NCBI GenBank assembly: GCA_951406725.2
Contig: OX597814.1
Location: 29,636,001 to 29,700,000 of the forward strand
From: Octopus vulgaris
Taxonomy: Eukaryota
DNA: 64,000 nt
Direction: 5' to 3'
Shown here piece after piece: positions 13,298-26,425 of this stretch. The translations under genes were made by a program, and so were the position numbers. How positions within the stretch are numbered: position 1 is the first letter of the stretch; the number at the start of each line of letters is the position of its first letter. The notes under the pieces are model-generated. The model worked only from the letters and a program-made list of their open reading frames with translations, ran no database searches and was not told where the DNA came from.

Positions 13298-16209
13298 AGT
13301 TTGTGTCTGAAATAATTTCATATTCCTTATGAATACCAATCTGTCAGATTACACCAGTGATCATCATCATAAGTCTGTTCTCCCATGCTTGAATGGTTTG
13401 GGTGGATATTCCACAGCATATCTCACCACTTTTTGTGATCCTTTGTCACCTTATTTATGAGGTTAAAGCCTCCTAAGATCAACTTCTACCATTTCTTCCC
13501 AGGTCTTTTTTGGTCTTCCTCTCTTGTAGATCCCTTCCACTTGGATCACTTGGTACTTCTTTACCCAACTGTGATTCTCCATATTGTCTGTCTGAAGGGA
13601 AGAAATAGGGAGAAGGGAGGAGGAAAAGAAGAAAGACTAGGGGAAGGGGAGAACAATGAGGAAGATGAGGGGAGGAGAATGATGAAGGGAAGGGGAAGAG
13701 AAGAATGAGGAAGAGGAGCGGAGGAGGAATGTATCAGCAGAGTGCCAGAGAAAATGCCCTACAGTTTTTGACTACGTCTTTTTCCATTCTGATTTCAAAT
13801 TCCACCTGAGTAATTCACCACTCCAAGGGATTCAATAACCCAAACCCAGGTTAAGTGGAAGCACTCCGTCGGTTACGACGATGAGGATTCCGGTTGATCC
13901 GAATCAACGGAACAGCCTGCTCGTGAAATTAACGTGTAAGTGGCTGAGCACTCCACAGACACGTGTACCCTTAACGTAGTTCTTGGGGATATTCAGCGTG
14001 ACACAGAGAGTGACAAGGCCGGCCCTTTGAAATACAGGTACAACAGAAACAGGAAGTAAGAGTGAGAGAAAGTTGTGGTGAAAGAGTACAGCAGGGATCA
14101 CCACCATCCCCTGCCGGAGCCTCGTGGAGCTTTAGGTGTTTTCGCTCAATAAACACTCACAACACCCGGTCTGGGAATCGAAACCGCAATCCTATGACCG
14201 CGAGTCCGCTGCCCTAACCACTGGGCCATTGCGCCTCCACAGAAAATAAGTAGCAGAAGGTCAGTTAGACTGATTACACCCTTCCACCAATATTTGTAGA
14301 CTTCGGCCTTTGCCAGAAATTAATATTTATTGTTTTACTGTTATTTTTAAAATACAATTAGTAATTTATTACACTGAATATTTTATTCAAAAATGTAGAC
14401 TGATATGTTTTTCCAGTTATAACAACAGCTGCAACAATACTCAGGGTATGAATGGAATTTAAAACTGACTATACCATAGCAAGCCTCACAGAGTTTATCC
14501 CTGACCAATGCAATGTTCTTGAGAAATACATAACCGTCATACACAATCTCATTTCATCTCCTATGGATTTAAAGCCCTCTGCTTATATAGAAAATCAGTA
14601 TTCAGTATCTAGAGGAAGCAATTTATACATTTGTAAAAATAGGACAGCAAGTATCACATTGTCTCATGCTTCACTGATGCAGATTACCAACAGAAGATAA
14701 TGCTTTAAATTTTAATTCCTATAACATCAGCCTCTACCACATTTCCCAATAGAACAGCTTACATAACTTCAGATAATATTTCCAATCTGATTCTTGCCTA
14801 CATAAACAGTTACTAGCCTGACAATTCTAATAACTATATGCAATGAAGAAGTAGGTTACTATTAACAGCTGTAAATATATATTTTTTGTGTAAATCTCAC
14901 AAGGTTACCTTCACAAGCACTGATCGTAAGATAGTTTGCATTGCTTCAATATGAACAAAAGAAAATCACCACTCTCAAACAAAATGGTATCTAGAAAGGC
15001 ATGCATTCATAAAAACAAATAATTCTGCCACAAAATGTCTCATCCAACCCATGCCAGCATGGAAAAGCAGACATTGAAATTATCATGATGATTATGAGGA
15101 AATAGTGCAGGCGCAATGGCCCAGTGGTCAGGGCAGCGGACTCGCGATCGGAGGATCACGGTTTTCATTCCCAGACCGGGCGTTGTGTGTGTTTATTGAG
15201 CAAAAACACCTAAAAGCTCCATGAAGCTCCAGCTGGGGGTGGTGGCGACCCCTGTTGTACTCTTTCATCCCAACTTTCTCTCACTCTTTCTTCCTGTTTC
15301 TTGGGTAATGCTGCGATGGACTGGCGCCCCGTCCAGCTGGGGGCAACACATACGCCACAGAAACCAGGAAACCAGGCCCATGAGCCTGGATAGGCTTGAA
15401 AAGGGCACATAGATAAATAAAATGAGGAAATAAAGCCAGGAAATAATTAAACAAAAATTAATGCTTTTGTAAGAGGTAAGTCAACTGAAAATCCAAGACC
15501 TAGTTTCAGCCCCCAACTGAAGCCATTTCATTTAGTTTATGCAGCTCATGGTCCTGAGAAAAGCATGAATGCCACATCATACTAGCTCCTCTTTATTATG
15601 AAATATTCCACCAATGTAAGAAACTTATATGCTTTTACAGTTTAAATGTCAAATACAGCAAAATTTAATCTCTATAAATTCTTATACTGCACACTAATCA
15701 TACTCATGGTTTTTGTTGTTGATTCTTTTATTTGCTTTTTGTATATTTTTTCTTCTTGTTTCTTTAGTTTTGTAATTTTTTCCCCATTAATAATTAAGTT
15801 TAGTCAACCAAATTACCCTGGAGTTACTTCAATAGGAAAGGACAACAATGGGTGCAGTCCATCTTGAGTGATGCTTTTCTGGGAGCAGCAGTTGTGACCC
15901 AGCTGTATAAGCCTGTATAGGGATGACTGCACACTCAAGTGCCTCCTCAGGTAGCACAGACTCCACCTATACCACTGAATTACTTGTAGAATGATTTACA
16001 AACATAAATTATTAAATTACACCTATAGACATCATACATTAAAATTTTTAAAAAAACTTAAAGCTGAAATTATTTAATTATTAGGGCAACATTGAAGATT
16101 ATAAACAACTGATATTGATAGCAGAGAGATATGTGACTATTAACAGGTAAAACTAAACAAACATTTACAAAATATACAAAAAAGAAAACTGAAAAAAGTT
16201 TCAAATTAC

Positions 16210-16410
16210 CTTGTGTGTGTGTTGAAGTTCTTCTTCCCCGAGAAGGGGTTGAATTGACTGTTCATATTTATGGAGAGTCTGTTCCAAAGGTGGAACTGGA
16301 AGGGACGGCAGAGACTCTTGAACAGTAAACTCCTTCAAAGAAGACAGTGACCGAACCCCATGGAAGGAACGGATCATTTTCGGACACACCAACCTCTTCC
16401 AAAATATTAC
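16210..16410 (-). CDS. CRAT: CRAT-like exon 2 (VIFWKRLVCPKMIRSF...QESLPSLPVPPLEQTLHKYEQSIQPLLGEEELQHTHK)
   Basis: Carries the LPxLPVPxL choline/carnitine acyltransferase signature. Acceptor ttatttgcag, donor gtaatt, 201 nt, phase 0-0. Confidence 0.93.
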
Positions 16411-17251
16411 CTGCAAATAACAAAAACACGAAAGTCTTACAGTAATGATATGGTGTAACTAGATATGCAGGTCAGTTAGATTTCTTAACAAACAGTTATA
16501 ATAGCCACAAAGTATCCTACAAGGTTCAGTAGACACAATAATGAGATCAAAAACCAGCCTTTAGATGCTAATATTATTAAAATTAACATAAAGAAGAATG
16601 CAGTGTCATAGATTTATGTTCATATGTGTATGTGTGTGTGTGTGTGTCTATAAATAGACATACAAGCATTTATGCATGCAAATATACATACATGTGGAGG
16701 CGCAATGGCCTAGTGGTTAGGGCAGCGGACTCGCGGTCGTAGGATCGTGGTTTCGATTCCCAGACGGGGCGTTGTGAGTGTTTATTGAGCGAAAATACCT
16801 AAAAAGCTCCACGAGGCTTCGGCAGGGGCTGGTGATCCCTGCTGTACTCTTTCACCACTCTTTCTCCTGTTGGCCTGCTCGCATAGCCAGCGGGGTGGCG
16901 TCATTTGAAGGCTAAAACAATGCGAACGCATTGTAACCAGCGATGTGTAACTACATCTGATGGACTGGTCGGTCACGTGATGGTGATATACATACATAGT
17001 GATTTCAAATTTTAGCACAAGGTCAGTAATTTCAAGGTCAGTTAGATTTCTTAACAAACAGTTATAATAGCCACAAAGTATCCTACAAGATTCAGTAGAC
17101 ACAATAATGAGATCAAAAACCATCTAAAGATGCTAATATTATTAAAATTAACATAAAGAAGAATGCAGTGTCATAGATTTATGTTCATGTGTATGTGTGT
17201 GTGTGTCTATAAATAGACATACAAGCATATATCCATACATATATACATATA

Positions 17252-17766
17252 GAGAGGCAATGGTCAGCATGAGCAAGGTCTGGAAGAGTAGAGACATCAG
17301 CCTCGCTACCAAATGCAGGTTGGTGAATGCAATCGTCTTCCCAATAGCAACATATGGATGCGAGACCTAGACACTAAAGAAAGCTGACCAGAAGAGAATT
17401 AATGCATTCGAGCTTTGGTGTTGGAGAAGACTTTTATGAATTCCATGGACAGCGAGGCTCACCAATGGAGAAGTTCTTAACCAGATCAAGACGAAACTGT
17501 TGCTAGAAGCTAGGATCACCAAGCATAGATTGGTATATTTTGGTCAAACTATGCGGAGAAAATCCCTGGAGAAAGACATCATGCTCAGAATGATCAGTGG
17601 CAAGAGAGGAAGAGGCCAACCAAGAACCCGCTGGCTTGACACCATCAAGAGTGACACAGGAATGGCCATACCCAATCTGAAAGAAGCAACCCAGGATAGA
17701 ACAGGCTGGAGAACACTGATCCATCAAGTAACCAAGAGTCAACTTCGACTGTGCAGATAGATAGAT
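17252..17766 (+). mobile_element. RTE-clade LINE 3' fragment
   Basis: Translates to TKCRLVNAIVFPIATYGCE, AFELWCWRRLL and RGRGQPRTRWLD, ending in a GATA-repeat tail. Confidence 0.85.
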
Positions 17767-19213
17767 ATACATACATAGTGATTTCAAATTTTAGCACAAG
17801 GTCAGTAATTTCAAGGAGGGAAGTAAGTTGATTACATCAACCCCCAGTACTCAACTGGTACTTATTCTATTGACCCCCAAAAGAAATGACAGGCAAAGTT
17901 GATCTCAGTAGAATTTGAACTCAACGTAAACACAGATGAAATGATGCTAAGTAATTTGCCGAACATGCTAATGATTCTGCCAGCTTGCCATCTCATACAT
18001 ACATCAAGTCCAGTTAAACATTCCACTCTCATATCTCCGTTGTATTAACTGGTCCATTCTAATGGTATCTGAATCTTACGAAGGAGAAAGGAAGCCAAGC
18101 AAGCTCTGTCGATGTGAGGCTTCAGAGATTCTATTTGCCAATAAGGAACAAATGCTAAACAAATGCAATGAATTGATAGCAAATTGCAAGCATAAACTAA
18201 AATTAACATTCTGAAATTCTCTGAGAGTAAATCATCATCATCATCATCATTTAGTGAAGGTGCATAGCTCAGTGGTTAGAGTGTCGAGCTTACGAGCGTG
18301 AGGTTGTGAGTTCGAATCCCGGGCCGGGCTGTGTGTTGTGTTCTTGAGCAAGACACTTTATTTCATGTTGCTCCAGTTCACTCAGCTGTAGAAATGAGTT
18401 GCGACGTCACAGGTGTCAAGCTGTATCGGCCCTAGCCTTTCCCTTAGATAACACTGGTGGTGTGGAGAGGGGAGGCTGGTATGCATGGGCGACTGCTTGT
18501 CTTCCATAAACAACCTTACCTGGACTTGTTCCTGGGAGGGTAACTTTCTAGGTGCAATCCCATGGTCAGTCTTGATCGAAGGGTGACTCAGCAGCATCAT
18601 TTAACATCCATTTTCCATGCTATCATGTGTTGGATAGTTTGACCAGAGCTGCTAAGCTAGAGAGCTGGACCAAGCTCCAGTCATCTGTTTTGGCTTGGTT
18701 TTTATGGCCGGATGCCCTTCCTGATGCCAACCACTTTGCAGAGTGCACTGGGTGCTTTCTACGTGTCACCAGCATGGATGCCTTTTATGTTTCACTGGTA
18801 CAGGTGCCTTTTATGTGCCACTGGCACTGGCTATGACCACAATTTCACTTAGTTTGACATGTCTTCTTGAGCACAGCAAATCACCAGAAGTCTCAGTCAC
18901 TTGTCATTACTTCCGTGAGATACAACAATTGAAGATTATATTACACCACCTTGTCCAAACAGCATCACCGACAACACCACCAGCAACAACACAAGCCACC
19001 ATTGTAATTTTGCTTCCATCACAAAACAAAACACAGAACAAATTGAAATTACATTTGACGAAATAAAATCTGCAAAGGGGTTGTTGAGAAAAGAGGGGAA
19101 CAGTGTCTTCCTCAATACACCTCAACAACTTATAAACGAAACAAAAAAAAACTATAATTTATAAAGTTTTTGACAAGAAAAGCAAAAAAAAAACTAATGC
19201 AACACCCCAACAA

Positions 19214-20521
19214 TTGGAAATGGCTCTTAAACCCATATGGGCCAAAAAGAGCTATGTCACAAGAGGGAAGCGTTACGGGACGGTGGAGGTTCACTTCCCA
19301 ACGGAAGACGATGCAAGGGCGCATGCCATTTCGCCCTTGCAAAATGAAAATTTCTTTCTGGTCCCATCATACCTTGGGCGGAAAGTACAAAAAATTAAAA
19401 TTGATATAATACCCCCCGAACTCAGTATATCATGGCTGGTGGCGGCTGTCCTCTATGACATAGAGGACACTGCCACTATTCTAGATGTTCGAAGGGTAAG
19501 AGAGAAGAACTGGTCAGGTATGGGTATTCAACTGCTGGTACAAATCCAGCAGGAAAACATTAATGCCATACCTGACTCAGTCATTTTACCAGACGGAACC
19601 AGGCTGCACGTTACTGTAGAGGGGCGAAAGCCAAAATGTTACCTCTGCAGTAGCGAAAACCACCTGAAGAAGGACTGCTCCATTCACAAAAAAAGAATGG
19701 AGGCATACAACAAGAGGCGGCGGCGGCGGCGGCGGCGGTAGCAGCAGCAGCAACAACAACAGCAGCAGCAGCAGCACGAAACACCAAAGGCTGCCACACC
19801 ACCAACACCATCACCACCACGAACGACACCACCTCCAATAACAACCACCAAACCAACACCAACCCCAGCACCAAGAAAAACGACAACAAAAAAACAAGGA
19901 GAAACACCAACACCGTCATCATCACCAATAGACACAGCAACACCACCGCTACCAGCAGAACCAACAAAATTCTTTCGCCCTGCTGATGAATCGGACCCGA
20001 CAGCCATCCCCTTTCCGGATCAGGACAGCTCGGATTGTGCGAGCACTGATACCGAGAAAGGGGAATGGCACACAGTGCCTCCCAAAAAGAAAAGGAGGAA
20101 AAAACAAAAGGACACACAGGGGAAGCACAAACAAATAGTGCTTCCCAACATCAACAACAACAACACACACTCACAGCAACAAACAACAACAACATTTTCG
20201 ACACCACTACTGCCACTGCCACACACACCAACAGACACGATTACAGCAATAAACACAAAAAATGAAAAACTAGTTACATATCTAAAAGACAATACAAGTA
20301 CACAAATTGAAGATTTCATTATACCAACACACAACACACCACCAGCACACATTCTCACAATAAAAATCAATCAAAAAACATATAGTGAAATAAAACAAAT
20401 ATTCCCTAACGATGTCGGATCGCTAGGGAAAAGTTTCTCAAAGAAACTTTATAAAAATATAATCAAAGCACCCGTGCAAAAGCACAAGGGAGCCACCCCC
20501 ACCACCAACAACAGTAAGTAG
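19214..20521 (+). pseudogene. LINE ORF1 (gag-like CCHC zinc-knuckle protein) with one in-frame stop
   Basis: CYLCSSENHLKKDC knuckle. A TAG at 19739-19741 lies in a (CGG)n/(CAG)n tract, and the same frame then stays open to 20521. The frame probably extends upstream across homopolymer frameshifts. Confidence 0.8.
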
Positions 20522-20562
20522 AGCCTTTTTCTCCTTTTATTTTTTTTTTTCACCTTTGAAAC

Positions 20563-23500
20563 ATGGCAAAACTTAGAATCTGTTGCTTGAATGTGAGAGG
20601 TCTCAGGTCACCTTGGAAACAGGGTCACCTGTTAAACGACCTGAGGTTTCATGATGTGGATGTAGCAGCCATCAGTGAAACCAGGCTCTCCGACTCGCAG
20701 GAACTCGCAGCCCTTTTCGGCGGATACGAGATATTTCTATCTCCGTGTCGGCCGGGAGTGGGCAGTGGTGGTACTGTGGTGTTGTTTCAGAAGGGCTTGG
20801 ACTTGAAAATAAGGACAGTCTTCCTGGATCTGGAAGGTAAGTTGGTGGTCCTCGACGTAGACGGTAGTGACGGTGGTGCTTTCAGACTGCTGGCTGCCTA
20901 CGCTCCGACAGGAGCAGGGCAGTCGGATTATTTCAAACGTCTGGAAGTTTTCCTGGGAACGTCACGCACTCTAGTGCTAGTTGGGAATTGGAACGCTGTC
21001 TTAGACGAACGTTTCGATCGAGTGGGCAGGAAAGCGTCTGATAGGAGAGGAGGGTGCAAGAGCCTCGCCAACCTACTCGGACGCTTTCAGCTGTCCGACA
21101 GGTTTCGACTAGACAACCCGAATGTGCCAATGTGGACTTGGACCAATCGCATCGGGTCGTCTAGATCGTACTTAGATAGAGTGTTTTGTAGGCCAGTGGA
21201 TAAGGACAGCATAGGGTGTCCACAATTCCACCTAGTCGACTACACGGACCACAAATTCGCGATCTGTACGGTCGACTTAGATAGGCTACATAGACAGGGA
21301 CCCGGATACTGGAAGCTGAACGTGTCGTTAACAGCGTGCAAAGCTTACAGAGACCGGATTAGTTTACTAGTTAAGCGGATGCTCACGGGGGCAATCATCA
21401 ACAACAACTGGTGGTTTGCCCTCAAGAGAGCAATTAGAGTAGAGTCGATTAGGTTTAGTAAGACTCTAGCTATTGAACGTAGGAAGAGAGAGCGGGATTT
21501 AGTTAACACTTTGACGCCAAACACGAAGGCTGCGTTGTCAGAGCTAAGGCACGTTCTCTAAGCGGGGAGGAGACTAGAGCCGCTCGATGGGCCCGCATGG
21601 CAGAGGCGAAGCGAGGCAACAAAGCAACCATTTGGTCTTTGGTGGACCAGAATGGGCGCGAGGTTACCGAAACGAAGCAGATGTGTACGGTGTTTCAGCG
21701 GCACTTTGCTCAACTGTTTGGGACGAGCGGTGGAACGCACAATGGTGCAGACTTCGGTGTGTACCTGGACGGCCTACCACAACTCTCGAACAGCGAGGCA
21801 GAGTGCTGTGAAGGACTGATATCTGCCTGGGAAGTGGAGGAAGCGATGAAGAGTTGCACGAGAGGTAGATCGCCGGGTTTGGATGGTCTGCCCTATGAGC
21901 TTTACACTTCAATGCCAGACTTGTTTGCGGGCCTGTTGGCAAACGTCTACTGCAACTGGCAGCAAAACGGGAGAATTCTTGCTTTTGTCTGTCGAGGGGT
22001 GGTGGCTTTGCTAAAAAAGGACCCAAACAAAGGGCACATTATAGGGAATTTTCGGCCCATCACTCTGCTCAATGCAGAGTTGAAGATTTTGGCCAAGGTG
22101 CTAGCCAAGAGATTGACGCTTGTCGAGGACAAGCTGGTCGGCAAGATGCAGACATGCGCCGTGCCGACCAGGTCGATACACGACAACCTCCATCTCATGT
22201 GCTACATCATAGAGAGGGTGGGTAACGATGCTGGCACGGGTGGGGCTTTGATTAACTTAGATCAGAGTAAAGCCTTCGATAGGGTCGACCATCGGTACCT
22301 GGCAGCTGTTCTCAAGGCAGCCGGCTTCAGTCCAGTGTTCCACGGGTGGATCGCTGCTTTATACAGCAACATCTGCTCGGTGATACGGGTGAACGGTCAC
22401 CTTTCGGAACCATTTGACATCTCGCGTTCGGTCCGCCAAGGATGCCCTCTCTCCTCCCTCTTGTACATGTTGACTCTCGAGCCATTACTGCGCAAGTTGG
22501 AGGCTTTGAGGGGTATCCCGCACGATCTAGCAGGTGGAAACAGTGTGTCTGCCTATGCCAACGACGTCACCGTGATGGTGTCGAGCCACAGGCACATTGG
22601 CCTGATTGGCGAGACACTAAACAAGTACAAAGCGGTGACAGGGGCAAAGATTAATGCAGAAAAGTCTGTGGGCTTGCAACTGGGCACCTGGAGAGGCAAG
22701 CCCATGCCGTCCAAGCGTCGTAGGGTGCTGGACAGACGGACCCGTTAAACTGCTCGGGGTCTGGTTCGGTCCGGACCTCCAGGTGGATAAAAACTGGGAA
22801 GAAGTGATGAGCAGGGTTGCACGTCTCACTCAGAAATGGGCCGAGAGGAAGCTGTCCCTGAAAGGTCGAGCAGAGGTGGCGAATGCATACATCGCATCCG
22901 TCATCTATTACCGCTTGACCGTCATCCCTTGTCCCAACCGCTGGTTGGCCAAGCTGGTACGCCTGCTCTTCGACTTTTTGTGGAAGGGTCAGGTGCCACT
23001 GGTCAGGCGATCCATCTGCTGTCAACGACCGCTGAACGGAGGCCTTGGCATGCAGCGCAGGCTGCGACATCTCAAGCATTTCCTAGACGGTGATCAGGTG
23101 TGGTCGTCTTTTGTCAGACGCGACTTTCCGCAGCTTGTCTCTTTGACAGAGCTGCAGACCTGGATCAAACGTAGACCGAGAAAGGGCGCTTGGCACCTCG
23201 AGTGCCATCAAGCTCTCTCCGCCCTCCGCTGGGCGGGCAATGCGATCGGTTTTAGTTCCACTCTAGCGTTCTATAGAGGGTTAGTGGAGGAAAAACGCAA
23301 CGACGTTCTCGGGGAAACTCTAGGCGTTGATGATAACGAACTGAGCGGTCTGTTCGGAAGGACTTTCAGGCCGGGGCCAATGGATAATTTCCAGAGGTCG
23401 CTCGCCTGGCAGTGCTACCGAGGGGCTCTGCCTGTTCGGGATAAACTCTACCGGCACAGAAGTGCCGTCAGCCGGGCATACCCGAGGTGTTGCGAGGACG

Positions 23501-23898
23501 ACGAAACCGTTCTGCACGCACTCGTCCAGTGCCTGAGTAGTGCTAAACTATGGGTTTATGTTGAACAGCTACTGTCGCGTATAGGACGGATCCGGCTATC
23601 AGCCGAATCCATAGAGAAGATTGCCCCGCCAACCTCCTTTAACAAGGAGGGCAAGGCCGTTTTCCTGTGCCTAGTGGCTGTGGCGAAAGAGATTGTATGG
23701 TGGACCCGTTTGAAAGGGCTAAAGTCAGACACTTTCCTCTTTGGTCAAGGCCTCATCAACTTTTTCAAGTTTCACTTGAAAAGGAAGATGAGGTTAGAGA
23801 GGAGAGTGCTGTCCGATAGTAAGTTTTCTGAAAGGTGGGTGAATTGTGCGAGAATGGCCAGTATAAATGGACCAATTCTCAGGTTTCGCTGTGATTGA
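20563..23898 (+). pseudogene. LINE ORF2 (APE endonuclease-reverse transcriptase), frameshifted into three pieces
   Basis: Motifs LNVRGL, ISET, YAP, GNWN, YLDR, TDH, WKLN, SPGLDGLPYE, FRPITLLN, DQSKAFDRVDH, VRQGCPLS, YAND, GGLG and ETVLHALVQC. Confidence 0.92.
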
Positions 23899-24167
23899 AA
23901 AAGGTTTTATAAAAGGAGAAAGGGGCTCTCTACCCCCCTTTTGACCAGGCTCCCATTGGCTTTTATGGGTTTTTTTCCACCAGGAACCTTTTGAAGCACC
24001 TCCCCCTATTGGGAGTTTTTTTCATTGTTATAATCTTTCGTTGTTAAACAGTTTTTACTCGGATTTTTTCAAAAACGGACAAAACCCTTTGTAACTTTTC
24101 GTCCCGTTTTGTCTCTTTATGTTTACTAATCATGTGTGTCAGCCCTTGTGGCCAATAAAAAGAATTA

Positions 24168-24199
<32 letters not shown>

Positions 24200-25867
24200 G
24201 GCAGCAAAGCTGGCTGAATCATTAGCATACAAGACAAAATGCTTAGCAGCATTTCGTCCATCTTTGCATTCTGAGTTTAAATTCCACCTAGGTTGACTTG
24301 GCCTTTCATTCTTTCAGGGTCAATAAATTAAGTACCAGTGAAATACTAGGGTTGATGTGATCAACTAGTCCCCTCCCCACAAAATGTCAGGCCCTGTGCC
24401 TTTAGTAGAAAGCATTATTATTATTATTACATTGTTAGTATTTCTGTTAAGTTCACCAATCACTTCACAGACACCCACAGGAGCTTAAATTGGACAGTTA
24501 CCCACTGAATCCATTTGCACATCAGTACAGTGTCCCCAGTTTTATATTATAATTTATTAAGTTATTATAATTTATTATAATTCATTATGATATATTGATT
24601 TTAAATTTTGGCATAAGGCCAGCAGTTTTGGGGGAGAGGCTAAGTTGATTACATCAACCACAATGGTCAACTGGTACTTATTTTATTGACCCTGAAAGGA
24701 TGAAAAACAAAGCCAAATTTGAAGTGGAATTTGAACTCAGAACATGAAGACAGACAAAATGCCAGTAAGCATTTTACTCAGCACACTAAACAATTCCGCC
24801 AGACTACCCACTTAATGTATTATATTATATTACATACTATTATACCTTAATTATATGCCACTGCCTGATTCATAGCTCCAAATCTTATTTCACATATTTA
24901 TTCACTTACCTCAAAATTCCACCTTAACCCATTTACTCCGTTATTTCACTTTATTTATTGATTATTTTTATTTTATTTTGTTTCATTTAAACCCATCCCC
25001 GTTATATATTTCCTGATCGATAATCTGTTTTGCTTTATCAGTTCGCATATCTTGTAACTTAACTTATGTTCCCCTATAAACATATAAACACATATGCCAC
25101 TTATGTACATGAGGAGTGGGATATATCTACTGATGTCAATGTGTGTGAGCCTTATTTCTCAGCCTTTACGACAGCAAGTCATTGGAACTACACTCAGAGT
25201 TAAACACATTCCAAATGACAAGGCCTGTACTATTTAACCTTTTACCATTTCCTATTCTGGGTCTAACATTATTATGACTATTGATTTTTATATCTAGCAC
25301 AACATTCTCACTTTTCTTTTCTATTTTGCCTTTTATTCTTCCTTTTTCCATTTGGTCTCCCCTACCCCAAACCAAATCTTTTATCGCTCTCTGGTTTGTT
25401 TTGATTTTCTCATCTCTCCTTCCTCTTCTTCTTCCCTTCTTTTTTCTTCTGCATTTACTTCTTACTCTTCTTACTCAATTTTTTTTTTGCTGTTCAGATT
25501 TATTGTCAATTTTAATTATGCATTTATTTATCTATTTACTTATTTATGATTTTCTGCCATCTTTTTCCTCTTATTGATCTTTGCTTTTTCTCTTTCCCTA
25601 ACATACTTAACTTCTCACTTCTAATCTCCTCCTTCCCATCTCTGACTTGACTCCACTTCTTCCTGTATTTACTTTTCCCCTCTGCTAAAAGGCTAGCTTA
25701 ACAACTGCTATGTATAGGGAAAACTTTTGTTTACCATAAATGTTTGACTGAAGAAGATAATATCATATAAGAATTATCTTAGATAACTATTGGAAACACA
25801 CATATTAAAATGCATTTAAAATATCTAAATATCAACACTTGATTTTGTCTTTATACTGGTATCTACA

Positions 25868-25981
25868 CATGTGCATGTGTGTATATGTGTGTATGTATAT
25901 GTATGTATGTGCATATATATGTATGTATATATATGTGTGTGTGTGTATATATGTGTGTGTGTCTGTGTGTATATATGTATG

Positions 25982-26027
<46 letters not shown>
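25868..26027. repeat. (TG/TA)n microsatellite
   Basis: Seen directly. Confidence 0.95.
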
Positions 26028-26030
<3 letters not shown>

Positions 26031-26425
26031 TGAGATAGGGGTTGTAAATGCAACCCTCCATGGGATAATATATATCCAATATACTGCTAGTGAAGTACCC
26101 AACAAAGTTAATACATAAATGTTAATGATTGCGATGCAATCAATTCATTTACTGTATTATATGGGCAAAGGTAAAATGATTTACCACAAATTACTAATAC
26201 AAGATAAGAAAATGGAGAAATACATCTAAATCAAATATCAATTACCAGATAATACTCAATCACATACTTTATTAAACCACCACATAAGAGACTGTAGGGT
26301 TAAATATAAAAAGCAGAACAAATCAGTGTACATAAAGGAATGTACATAAAAGAGTAATGTTGTATAATAAGTAGAATATATATAAAAGAGAATATAAATA
26401 TAAGTAAATATAAATATAAGTATAG

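Larger units (their letters stand above)
18960..24197 (+). mobile_element. Near full-length L1/Tx1-clade LINE in CRAT intron 1, antisense to the gene, inactivated
   Basis: ORF1 has a CCHC knuckle. ORF2 has APE endonuclease, RT and a C-terminal Cys motif. AATAAA at 24154 is followed by a (TTA)n tail. The 5' boundary is approximate. Confidence 0.92.

Noticed and set aside
3637-16410. Assignment as CROT or choline acetyltransferase
   Set aside because: LSQWWL, PVVINSNPG, FAAKII and PLCMxQY...CRIPG, plus the exon sizes, fit carnitine acetyltransferase better. A phylogeny would settle it.
25745-25810. Additional hammerhead (ctgaaga...gaaac)
   Set aside because: No convincing stem I or cleavage triplet, and stem II does not abut GAAA.
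25825-26105. ORFs rich in YI/HT/CV dipeptides (also near 27.8, 30.2, 49.6, 50.7 and 52.1 kb)
   Set aside because: They are translations of dinucleotide microsatellites.
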